Of a stretch of DNA of 58,239 bases, positions 39,863-47,952 are shown piece after piece. Each line of letters begins with the position of its first letter. Position 1 is the stretch's first letter. The translations under genes were made by a program, and so were the position numbers. The notes beneath the pieces were generated by a model. The model worked only from the letters and a program-made list of their open reading frames with translations, had not been told where the DNA came from and did no database searches. Origin of the DNA: Desulfobaccales bacterium (lineage in GTDB: Bacteria > Desulfobacterota > Desulfobaccia > Desulfobaccales > 0-14-0-80-60-11); assembly GCA_052139855.1 (NCBI GenBank), contig JBKQVS010000065.1, positions 1 to 58,239 of the forward strand, written 5' to 3'.

Positions 39863-39918
39863 TTATCGACTCCAATGTGGCGCTTCATATGCCATGACAT
39901 TTAAAACTGCGCTTTTTA

Positions 39919-40362
39919 CCCCCCTTTGAAAAAGGGGGGCAGGGGGGATTTAAGAAATCCACCTATGCTCAAGTATAACCCCAGGCTGAAAGCCTGCGCG
40001 CGGCAACTCCGACAGAACTTGACTGACAGTGAGCGTGTCTTATGGCAAAGATTACGTGGCAAACAGCTATTGGATGTACAATTTTACTGTCAGAAACCGA
40101 TTGGCGATTATATCGTTGATTTCTATGCCCCCAAGGCAAAATTGGTTATCGAAATAGATGGTTCCCAGCATTTTGAAGCACAACATGCTGAAAAAGATAA
40201 AAATCGAGACGAATATTTAGGTAGCCTTGGATTGATGGTTTTGCGCTTCAATAGCAGACAGGCTTTAAAAGAAACCGAGGCGGTTATGGAGTTCATTTAC
40301 CAGACGATGATGAATCGATTGACTGAATAAATCCCCCCTATCCCCCCTTTTTCAAAGGGGGG
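39919..40362. mobile_element. Putative mini-element: DUF559 gene between inverted ~34-bp palindromic repeats
   Basis: 39919-39952 CCCCCCTTTGAAAAAGGGGGGCAGGGGGGATTTA is the near-exact reverse complement of 40328-40362. Confidence 0.6.
39965..40330 (+). CDS. DUF559 (Vsr-like) endonuclease
   Basis: ARQLRQNLTDSERVLWQRLR, QKPIGDYIVDFY, IEIDGSQH, RDEYL...G..VLRF. Confidence 0.9.
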   Translation: MLKYNPRLKACARQLRQNLTDSERVLWQRLRGKQLLDVQFYCQKPIGDYIVDFYAPKAKLVIEIDGSQHFEAQHAEKDKNRDEYLGSLGLMVLRFNSRQALKETEAVMEFIYQTMMNRLTE

Positions 40363-40395
40363 AATAAAGAAGAAAAGCAGAAAGGAAACCCCGCC

Positions 40396-41181
40396 ATCGC
40401 CGACAAAATCATCATCACCGGCCCCGATATGATCCTCCAGGAGGACACCGGCGACGGCCAGGTCCGGGTGGCCCGCCGGGCCCCCCTCGAGGCGGTCTTG
40501 CGCTACGTGGCCCGCGTCATGCCGCCTCCCCTGCCGGTCTTGCCCCCGGGCGCCCGCTGGCTCTGCCGGAAAAAAGACCTCCTCTTCCTGGTGGTGGAGC
40601 ATCCCCCCCAATGCCGCACCCTCAGGGTCAGCCGCGGCAAAAAAGGCGAGGACGATTACCGCCCCTACCGCCTGGCCCTCCCTTACGTTATCTATGTCCT
40701 GACCTTCTACCGGGATGGTTTCGAGGAAATGAAGATGTTCTTCCGGAATACTTCCTTGAGTGCTGCCGCCGATACCCTCTATCATACCAGCCTGCCCAAT
40801 GTCCGGGGCGAACCGGGCCACTACGGCAGTCAAAGGGTCTGCTTGCGCTACCGGCCCGAGATGCTGGAGGGGGTGCCCCTGGCCCAGGCGGTGCCGGCGC
40901 TCCTCGCCTTCTTCTGGAGCACCGGCTTCAATCAGGATATTGCCCACAGCGCCTTCGGGCGGGCCCGGGACCGGGACCCCCGCCTCGCCAGCCTCGAAGC
41001 CTGGGAGGCGGCCACGGGGGAAAATCCCCTTTTTCCTTTAGAAGTGGAGTGGGAACCGGCTGGCCGGGATCTGCCCGGCTTGTGGTTGGAATGCCTGCAA
41101 CTGCATGGCGAAACCGCCGCCCCCCTCGCCTCTGCCGAGGAGCTGGCGGATATCCTCTACCGGCTGCCGGTGGGATACTAA
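40396..41181 (+). CDS. Prokaryotic E2-family-D-like (ubiquitin-conjugating-like) protein
   Basis: VVEHPPQ.RT, LALPYVI, LYHTSLPNV....RVC (Cys retained), FW.TGFN; first ATG 40429, RBS-spaced ATC at 40396. Confidence 0.65.
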   Translation: MADKIIITGPDMILQEDTGDGQVRVARRAPLEAVLRYVARVMPPPLPVLPPGARWLCRKKDLLFLVVEHPPQCRTLRVSRGKKGEDDYRPYRLALPYVIYVLTFYRDGFEEMKMFFRNTSLSAAADTLYHTSLPNVRGEPGHYGSQRVCLRYRPEMLEGVPLAQAVPALLAFFWSTGFNQDIAHSAFGRARDRDPRLASLEAWEAATGENPLFPLEVEWEPAGRDLPGLWLECLQLHGETAAPLASAEELADILYRLPVGY

Positions 41182-41343
41182 AACCGGCCGCCGCCCCTAA
41201 AACTCACGCTTGCCCGGCGTCACCGGTTGGCCCGGCGTCGACGCGCCCCAGACCTCCGGTCCCCTGACCCTGCCGGGCTGTTCCAAACTCTCCTCGGGGC
41301 TCTGGTGACCCTGCCCGGACGCTCCCGGCCGGGCTCCCCGGCC

Positions 41344-41577
41344 CTAAACATAAGCCGTTTTACTATGATCTACCTTGCCATGGGTCTTAAAAGTAAAGGC
41401 CACCGGGGAATCGGCCGTAAAACATTTCAGCGAGGTCGATACCAGTTTTCTCAACGCCTCGAGCAGTTGCTGGGATGAAATTTCATTAAGATCGCCCTCC
41501 AAGGTGAGATACAAATTTTCACCTTTCCGGCAAACCGAAACGGTCGGTCTCATGACGCTCTCCTTTTCATGCCTCAT
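41344..41577 (-). CDS. Small hypothetical protein, STAS-like N-terminal pattern
   Basis: LYLTLEGDLNEISSQQLLEAL; AAGGAG RBS before an internal Met. Confidence 0.5.
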   Translation of the reverse strand: MRHEKESVMRPTVSVCRKGENLYLTLEGDLNEISSQQLLEALRKLVSTSLKCFTADSPVAFTFKTHGKVDHSKTAYV

Positions 41578-42039
41578 GCGGCATTATTGATAAACTAGCT
41601 GCCTTCCACCCAATCCGGTAACTGCTTGCTCCCTTGATCGGATCGGTCCGTCTGATACTCAAACAAATAACATGAGGGGGAATCGTTGCACTGAGGAAAG
41701 GTACTGATATTTATTGGCAGGATTTACTGATTTTGCTTGGGGGAAAGCTACTATCCAGGCAAGATCGGGACCCCATCTTCGGGGTGAAGCGCGCCGGCCG
41801 GCCGGCAAGGCGGATCAGGGCGGCAGAGGCGTCGGCTGGATCTGCGGTATGCTCGGCCTGCTTGAGCCCTTGGCGGTGCGGGGCTTCCCGGGGGCCGTCA
41901 AGTCATGGCCCAGGCCCCGGTTCTTACGCCGCGTGGCCCCCAGGCAGGCAGAAAATAGGTTGAGGGAACGCCGGGAGCGCTTCCGCCGGCGCCCCTCAAC
42001 CCGGGACCCTTCCCTGGGTCCTCCCCTTCACCGAATACA

Positions 42040-42522
42040 TTACCTTTGGGATCCCGGTTTGGGGTCAAACGGTGCCCCGGGAGAATCGTCCACCGAGAAT
42101 TGATTTGCCAGGTCTGAGACCAGCATGTTGGATAAGTTGGCGCTGAGATAGATTTTCTGGGTTACTACTGTACGGATGGCCTTCACCAGTTCCTCCAGGG
42201 CGCAATCCTTCAACAGATAGCCCGAGGCCCCGGCGTTGAGCATATTTAAGACAAAAAGACTGTCAGAGTGCATGGAGAGGGCGATAATTTTGATCCCGGG
42301 ATATTGAGACAAAATCCGGCGAGTCGCTTCCACCCCGTTCAAGTCGGGCATGGAAATATCCATGATCACCACCTGGGGGGAGAGCTCTTGGCTAAGCTTC
42401 ATGGTGGTGTGGTAATCTTCCGCCTCACCCACCACGTGCATATCAGGTTCGCCGGCCAACAGGAGGGCAAGGCCCCGGCGCACGATCTGGTGGCTGTCCG
42501 CCAAAATAATCTTAATGGTCAT
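42040..42522 (-). CDS. NarL-family response regulator lacking the LuxR HTH
   Basis: Receiver highly similar to the two neighbours (MDISMPDLNG, LSMHSDSLFVLNM); ends after the linker. Confidence 0.8.
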   Translation of the reverse strand: MTIKIILADSHQIVRRGLALLLAGEPDMHVVGEAEDYHTTMKLSQELSPQVVIMDISMPDLNGVEATRRILSQYPGIKIIALSMHSDSLFVLNMLNAGASGYLLKDCALEELVKAIRTVVTQKIYLSANLSNMLVSDLANQFSVDDSPGAPFDPKPGSQR

Positions 42523-42637
42523 CCTGTCTCCCGGACGGGTCGGCCGGGCTGGCCACAAAAAGATATGCCGGGGCCGACAAGGTCTTGGCCATGAAACCAG
42601 GATAATCCATCTGCGCAAGGCCTTTTCCATAAAAATA

Positions 42638-42697
42638 TAGGGATTCCCCTAAAAAGCACTTAGGGAATCCCTAATTCTTATTTCCGAAAAACCTAAT
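42638..42697. promoter_or_regulatory. Three 22-bp-phased operator-like boxes
   Basis: TAGGGATTCCCCTA (42638), TTAGGGAATCCCTA (42660), TTCCGAAAAACCTA (42682). Confidence 0.6.
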
Positions 42698-42750
42698 TTT
42701 TGCAGTGACGCGGCGTCGGGCTGCTGCCGGTCGGCAGCCCTCAGGCAGGC

Positions 42751-43440
42751 TTAGACTTCCAGCGAGGTCAATCCCTGGCGGATAGCGTATTTGGTAAGTT
42801 CCGCGACGCTGTGAATCCCCAATTTCGTCATAACCTGCTTGCGGTGGGCTTCCACGGTCTTGACGCTGACACAGAGACCGTCGGCGATCTGGTTGGTGCT
42901 CCGGCCTTCCGCCATGAGTTGCAGCACTTCCCGTTCTCTGGGCGACAGCACCGAAAAGGCCGAGGCATTCGTGGTCTGCCAGCCGGTCACGAAATCCCGG
43001 ATCACAATGTCCGAAACCCCGGGGCTCAAGTAGGTCTTATGGTCCACCACGGCCCGGATGGCTTTTACCAGTTCTTCCAGGGCGCAGTCCTTCAGGAGAT
43101 AACCCGAGGCGCCTGATTTAATCATGTTGAGCACAAAGAGGCTGTCGGAATGCATCGACAGGGCAATCACCTTGACCTCCGGAGCCCCGGCCAAGATCTG
43201 CCGCGTCGCCTCGATGCCGTTCAACTCCGGCATGGACAGATCCATGATGATGACATCGGGAAGCAATTCCTGGGCCAGTTTCAACACCGTGCGCCCGTTA
43301 TCCGCTTCCGCGATTATCTCCATGTCCGCTTCGGCTTCCAGCAGAATGCGCAGCCCCTGCCGCACAATCTGGTGGTCATCCGCCAACATGATTCGGATAG
43401 GTTGGTTCTTGCTGTTAAAGGTATTTCGTCTTTGCCCCAT
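42751..43440 (-). CDS. NarL/LuxR-family response regulator
   Basis: LADDHQIVRQG, MDLSMP, LSPREREVLQLMAEG...SVKTVEAHR. Confidence 0.95.
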   Translation of the reverse strand: MGQRRNTFNSKNQPIRIMLADDHQIVRQGLRILLEAEADMEIIAEADNGRTVLKLAQELLPDVIIMDLSMPELNGIEATRQILAGAPEVKVIALSMHSDSLFVLNMIKSGASGYLLKDCALEELVKAIRAVVDHKTYLSPGVSDIVIRDFVTGWQTTNASAFSVLSPREREVLQLMAEGRSTNQIADGLCVSVKTVEAHRKQVMTKLGIHSVAELTKYAIRQGLTSLEV

Positions 43441-43589
43441 GGGATTACCCCCAATCCTCAATCACTGGCAAACCTTCCTGGTCGCAACAGAGGCTGCGCC
43501 AGTTCCTCAATCCCTCCGGATCAGGACCCGTCTTACCGTCTTAAATTTTTCTGATTATTTTTCTACACTTATGCGGGGTGAATTGCAGT

Positions 43590-43603
43590 CGGGGATTCCC
43601 CTA
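43590..43603. promoter_or_regulatory. Operator-like box
   Basis: CGGGGATTCCCCTA, near-identical to the 42638 box. Confidence 0.55.
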
Positions 43604-43675
43604 TTTTGCGATGCGCAAAGCCTGAATCTTACCGTACGCAACGGAGGATATTCCGGCCCGGAGCTGTCCCTAAGG

Positions 43676-44332
43676 TCAAACTTCCAGGGAGGTCAGCCCC
43701 TGTCGTATGGCATACTTGGTGAGCTCGGCCACGCTGTGGATATCCAGTTTGTTCATCAGTTGTTTGCGATGGGCTTCCACCGTCTTCACGCTGACGAACA
43801 GGCTATCGGCAATCTGGTTGGTGTTCTTCCCTTCCGCCATCAACTGCAGCACTTCCCGTTCCCTGGCCGTCAGGATCGAGTAGGCGGAGGAAGAGGACTC
43901 CGCTGAGGACCACCCGATGACGAAATCTTTGATCACGATATCGGAAATGCCGGGGCTGAGATAAACCTGGCGGTTCATTACCGTACGCACCGCTTTGACC
44001 AATTCCTCCAGAGCGCAATCTTTCAGCAGGTATCCCGAAGCCCCCGCCTTGAACATGTTCAAGACGAAGAGACTGTCGGAATGCATCGACAGCGCAATGA
44101 CCTTGACCCCGGACGAATCGCTAAGTATCTGGCGCGTGGCTTCGATCCCATTCAGGTCGGGCATGGAAATGTCCATGATCACCACCTGGGGGGCCAGTTC
44201 CTCCACCAGTCTCACCACGTCCCGCCCATTGTCCGCTTCACCCACAACCTCGATGTCAGGTTCAGCCGACAGCAGACTGCGGAGCCCGTGACGCACTATC
44301 TGGTGGTCGTCCGCCAATACGATCTTGATCAT
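43676..44332 (-). CDS. NarL/LuxR-family response regulator (cognate of the upstream kinase)
   Basis: LADDHQIVRHG, LTAREREVLQLMAEG; ATGA overlap with the kinase. Confidence 0.95.
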   Translation of the reverse strand: MIKIVLADDHQIVRHGLRSLLSAEPDIEVVGEADNGRDVVRLVEELAPQVVIMDISMPDLNGIEATRQILSDSSGVKVIALSMHSDSLFVLNMFKAGASGYLLKDCALEELVKAVRTVMNRQVYLSPGISDIVIKDFVIGWSSAESSSSAYSILTAREREVLQLMAEGKNTNQIADSLFVSVKTVEAHRKQLMNKLDIHSVAELTKYAIRQGLTSLEV

Positions 44333-46986
44333 CTCGCTGTCCCCGCATGAGCCTTCTTGGCATGCTGGAGAGGTACTACCAGAGTCACCCGGGTTCCCCG
44401 TCTCGTCCCCGGTTCCACCTGCACTTGGCCTCCCAGATAACGCAAGCGCTCTCTTATACTAAAGAGCCCGAAGCCGCCGTTGTTTTTGAGCCTCGACTCC
44501 TGCCGGAGGTCTTTCATCCCCACCCCGTCGTCTTCGACCTCGATGTTAACGTCGTCGCTTTCTCGCCTGATGGTTACCCGGGCATTGCGGGCCTGCGCAT
44601 GTTTGACGATATTCAGCATCAACTCCCGCACCGAACGGAACAGCAGGACTTTGATTTCATCATCCATGGGGATGGGGAGCATGTCTTTTTGCACGTCCAC
44701 CTTGATGCCGTGTTGCGCCCGGACATGCCGCGCGAACCATTCCACCGCCGCCTCAAACCCCAGCTCATAAAGGACCGGCAGGCTCAGTTCAAAGGTCAAC
44801 GATCTGGTGTCCTGGATCATCTGATCAATGAGCTCCCGCACCTCACTCAAGGATTTGGCCTGTTTCTCCGCGGTGATGGTCTTTTGGAGCACCCCCAGTT
44901 TGATCTTCGAGACGGCCAGGGCCTGGCCGATATGGTCATGCAGGTCCGTGCCCAGGCGCCGCCGTTCCCGCTCTTCGGTCAGGGATAACTCCGACGCCAA
45001 CGATTGCAGCTGCTCCTGATAGGTGCGGATATCCTCCTCCGCCTTTTTCCGGTCCGTAATATCCGCAATCATGCCGATGGCAAACTGCGGCGCTCCGCCC
45101 ACGCCCCGGAGCAGGGACACGGTCACCTGTCCCCAGACCACCCGTTTGTCCTTATGCAGGTAACGGTTCTCCCGGGAGTAGGAATCTCGCGCCCCCTTCC
45201 CCAATTCTTGGAACAGCTTGCCGCTCTTCAAAGCATCTTCCGGATGGAGGAAATCCTTAAAATTTTTCCGGACCACCTCATCTTTTTCATATCCCAGCAT
45301 TTTCAGCCAGGCCGGGTTGACATCTAAGAGGTGGCCTCCCAGATCCCCCAGGGACATGCCGATGGCCGCTTCTTCAAAGATCTTCCGGAATCGCTTTTCC
45401 GTTTCCCGCAACGCCGTGATATCACTGAACATAGCAAAAGCGCCCACAAATTGGCCGTCTTCGAACAAAGGCACCGAACTCATGATGACCGAGGCCAGCT
45501 CCAGATTCTTGCAGGTGATATCCAACTCCTGCTGCGCCACATTGTTCATCCGGTTCTGAGCCATGACCTCCCGTAACAGCTTCTGATTGTCCTCATCCAG
45601 TAACTCGTAAATTTTTCTATTTTCCAGCGTATCATGGCCGGTTATCTCTCTCATCCGCCGGTTGGCAAATTTGATGCGCCCGGTTTCATCGATGATCCAG
45701 ATACCTTCGTGGGCATTTTCCACCAGTTCGCGGTATTTCCGTTCCGACACTTCCAACTTGCGGTAGAGCACCGCATTTTCCAGGGCTATGGCAATCTGGT
45801 TGGCAAAACTCACGATAAACTCCCGGTCGCCATCGGTGATCATCGCATCCTCGTGGACGCGATCGGCCAGCAGTACGCCGATCACCTTGCCCCGCACCGT
45901 CAGAGGCACCAGAATGAAGGCCTTGGGCTTGAAAAATTGGATCAGGGGATTGTTCATGTTGAGCTTGCTGCGCGCCACATTCTGAATCACCACCGGAATG
46001 CCGGTCATGGCCACCCGGGCAATGACGTTATCCACTTTCGTAATGGGAATTTGATAATTCCTCACCTTCTCGAAAAGTTCGGGCGCAATCCCCTCCGCAT
46101 AGGTGAGTTCCAACACCTCCCCTTTTTCGTCCAGAAGCAGAATCCCGGCCCGATCCAGTTTGGCCGAGTTGATGAGCAGGCGCAACGTTACCTGCAGCAG
46201 TTTCTCCAGGTTGAGCACCGATAGCGCCGCCGTGCTGGTTTCCTGCATGCAGATGAGTTGATCGATCTTTTCCTTTAATTGAATATTTAACCGGTGGATC
46301 TCGTCAAATTTCTTTTTCAGGAGTTCTTTATCCCGCTCCAATTCATCAATCGTATAATTGAGCGCCCGCCAGGGCACTAACAGCCTTAACAGGCCTTCTT
46401 TTAAAGAAAACTTTCTCTGCCATCTATAGTGATACTCGCAATACTCATCCCCCTGGAAATAGCATTTCGTCTCTTCCAGGGATGCGGGCGGCAGATTCCA
46501 GATAGTGGGAATCCCCGAGTAAATCCCCTTGTTGAACAAACAATAATCAATCGTGCCCGGAATTTCTTTGAACCAGTGTAGCCGGATGAGGGCCCGCTCC
46601 CCCTGGGTTTCCACCAGCTCAACCCGCTTGTTCTTATTGAATTTATCATTAATGGCTTGGAGTTTTCTCAGGCTGCGGCGGGGGTTTTTGTAAGCAAACA
46701 GAATAATGCGCTGCACATAGCCTAACTTTTTCCTGGCCGCGGATTCAAACCCGATCTTAAACGCAATGTTATCATCCAGGGTTATGACCTTGGCATTCTC
46801 AAACATCCGGGTGACCACATCGCTGGACACCCAGTTGTTCCTCTCCATCAAAAATTCCTGGGGGTTGGCCAGGCCTTCAATCTCCGGCCCCAGACCCGTA
46901 AACAGACGGTGAACTTCCCCCGGCATTTTTTCCTGAAAATATTCGATTATGGCCCGGGTGTTAAGGCAACTATGATGCTTCTCCAT
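44329..46986 (-). CDS. Soluble HisKA_3 histidine kinase: V4R/H-NOX-like, GAF, PAS, PAS, kinase
   Basis: C..NKGIYSG...EETKCYFQGDEYCEY (V4R-like), GAF, two PAS/PAC, ERERRRLGTDLHDHIGQ, GFGLFSIRER; no clear TM. Confidence 0.88.
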   Translation of the reverse strand: MEKHHSCLNTRAIIEYFQEKMPGEVHRLFTGLGPEIEGLANPQEFLMERNNWVSSDVVTRMFENAKVITLDDNIAFKIGFESAARKKLGYVQRIILFAYKNPRRSLRKLQAINDKFNKNKRVELVETQGERALIRLHWFKEIPGTIDYCLFNKGIYSGIPTIWNLPPASLEETKCYFQGDEYCEYHYRWQRKFSLKEGLLRLLVPWRALNYTIDELERDKELLKKKFDEIHRLNIQLKEKIDQLICMQETSTAALSVLNLEKLLQVTLRLLINSAKLDRAGILLLDEKGEVLELTYAEGIAPELFEKVRNYQIPITKVDNVIARVAMTGIPVVIQNVARSKLNMNNPLIQFFKPKAFILVPLTVRGKVIGVLLADRVHEDAMITDGDREFIVSFANQIAIALENAVLYRKLEVSERKYRELVENAHEGIWIIDETGRIKFANRRMREITGHDTLENRKIYELLDEDNQKLLREVMAQNRMNNVAQQELDITCKNLELASVIMSSVPLFEDGQFVGAFAMFSDITALRETEKRFRKIFEEAAIGMSLGDLGGHLLDVNPAWLKMLGYEKDEVVRKNFKDFLHPEDALKSGKLFQELGKGARDSYSRENRYLHKDKRVVWGQVTVSLLRGVGGAPQFAIGMIADITDRKKAEEDIRTYQEQLQSLASELSLTEERERRRLGTDLHDHIGQALAVSKIKLGVLQKTITAEKQAKSLSEVRELIDQMIQDTRSLTFELSLPVLYELGFEAAVEWFARHVRAQHGIKVDVQKDMLPIPMDDEIKVLLFRSVRELMLNIVKHAQARNARVTIRRESDDVNIEVEDDGVGMKDLRQESRLKNNGGFGLFSIRERLRYLGGQVQVEPGTRRGTRVTLVVPLQHAKKAHAGTAR

Positions 46987-47599
46987 CTGAGTTTCTGACC
47001 CCGCTCCGCCTGTAGCTTGCTTTCGCCAAACCGGTAACTGGCCGACCCTCTCCTTGCCTTACCCCGCGTTAACTATGGGCTGCAAGGCCGGCTTCTGGAT
47101 AAAAACCTGCTCATGAAGTCTTCGGTCTTTCCGGCTGTGTGTCTCTATTGCCCGGGGTAGGCGGACCGGTGATGGCCTAAAATCACCAGCTTTATTAGCC
47201 GAAATTACTGTTAAACTGAGCTTTAAACCTGATTCCCCTAAATGCATGATAAAGAACTATGGACAAATGTCAAGCAAAAGCGCTTCATCTGCCCTCATGC
47301 GCGGGTTACGACTAAGCACTCCGCTGTCATAAATAATAACTCCTCCCCTTTCTCCGGCAAACCGGTAGTCGTCTTGTCTTCTTCCTGAGAAATGCCTGGG
47401 CTCCACTTTTCCCGCGCAAGTCGGTGACCTCCCATTGCAACACTGTGCCGGGGACTTTTACTTCCTGGTGGGTTTATCCATTTCCCCAAGGCAAATTAGG
47501 GTTTTCAGATGTCAAATCAAGATGTTTCCTAATTGTCTGGGAAACCCGGGTCCGCTATTGTTCAGTGGGCGTTTTTTAAGCTCGGGGGGGGACTGCGTC

Positions 47600-47700
47600 T
47601 TAGGAAAATCAAACCCCACAATTAGGTTTTCCGAACCGAAAAATAGGGATTGTCCGATAGTGCTGCTCTTAAAAGGATAATATTTTAAAAGATTTTGCTA
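47600..47700 (+). promoter_or_regulatory. Putative regulated promoter P1 (three phased boxes + AT-rich -10 region)
   Basis: Boxes at ~47600, 47622, 47644; TAATATTTTAAAAGATTT at 47678. Confidence 0.55.
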
Positions 47701-47728
47701 GTTCATTTAAGCCTTGGAGAACAAAGCT

Positions 47729-47827
47729 ATGAACTATCGGCGTTGTCAGGATAACCTGCTGGTTTTATTGATTTATTTAATTTCCATATCCCGGGCTGCC
47801 AGGCATCCCTGTCTGCTTCCCCCATAA
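47729..47827 (+). CDS. Putative 32-aa hydrophobic small peptide
   Basis: GGAG RBS; MNYRRCQDNLLVLLIYLISISRAARHPCLLPP; directly downstream of P1. Confidence 0.4.
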   Translation: MNYRRCQDNLLVLLIYLISISRAARHPCLLPP

Positions 47828-47828
47828 C

Positions 47829-47930
47829 TGAGGGAATTCAGAAGCGAAAACGGGGAAATGCCTGAGCCCATATCAGGGAAACCCTTATATTAATTTTTTC
47901 CAAACGTTAATATTTTAAAAGATTTGCTTA
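47829..47930 (+). promoter_or_regulatory. Putative regulated promoter P2 (three phased boxes + same -10 region)
   Basis: Boxes at 47829, 47851, 47873; TAATATTTTAAAAGATTT at 47908. Confidence 0.6.
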
Positions 47931-47952
47931 ATTTTCCTAAAGGAGCACGGCC

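Noticed and set aside
47013-47150. c-di-GMP-I riboswitch upstream of the kinase
   Set aside because: GCCAGTTACCG resembles the 3' end, but the GGCAAA/GAAA/GACGCAAAG core is missing.
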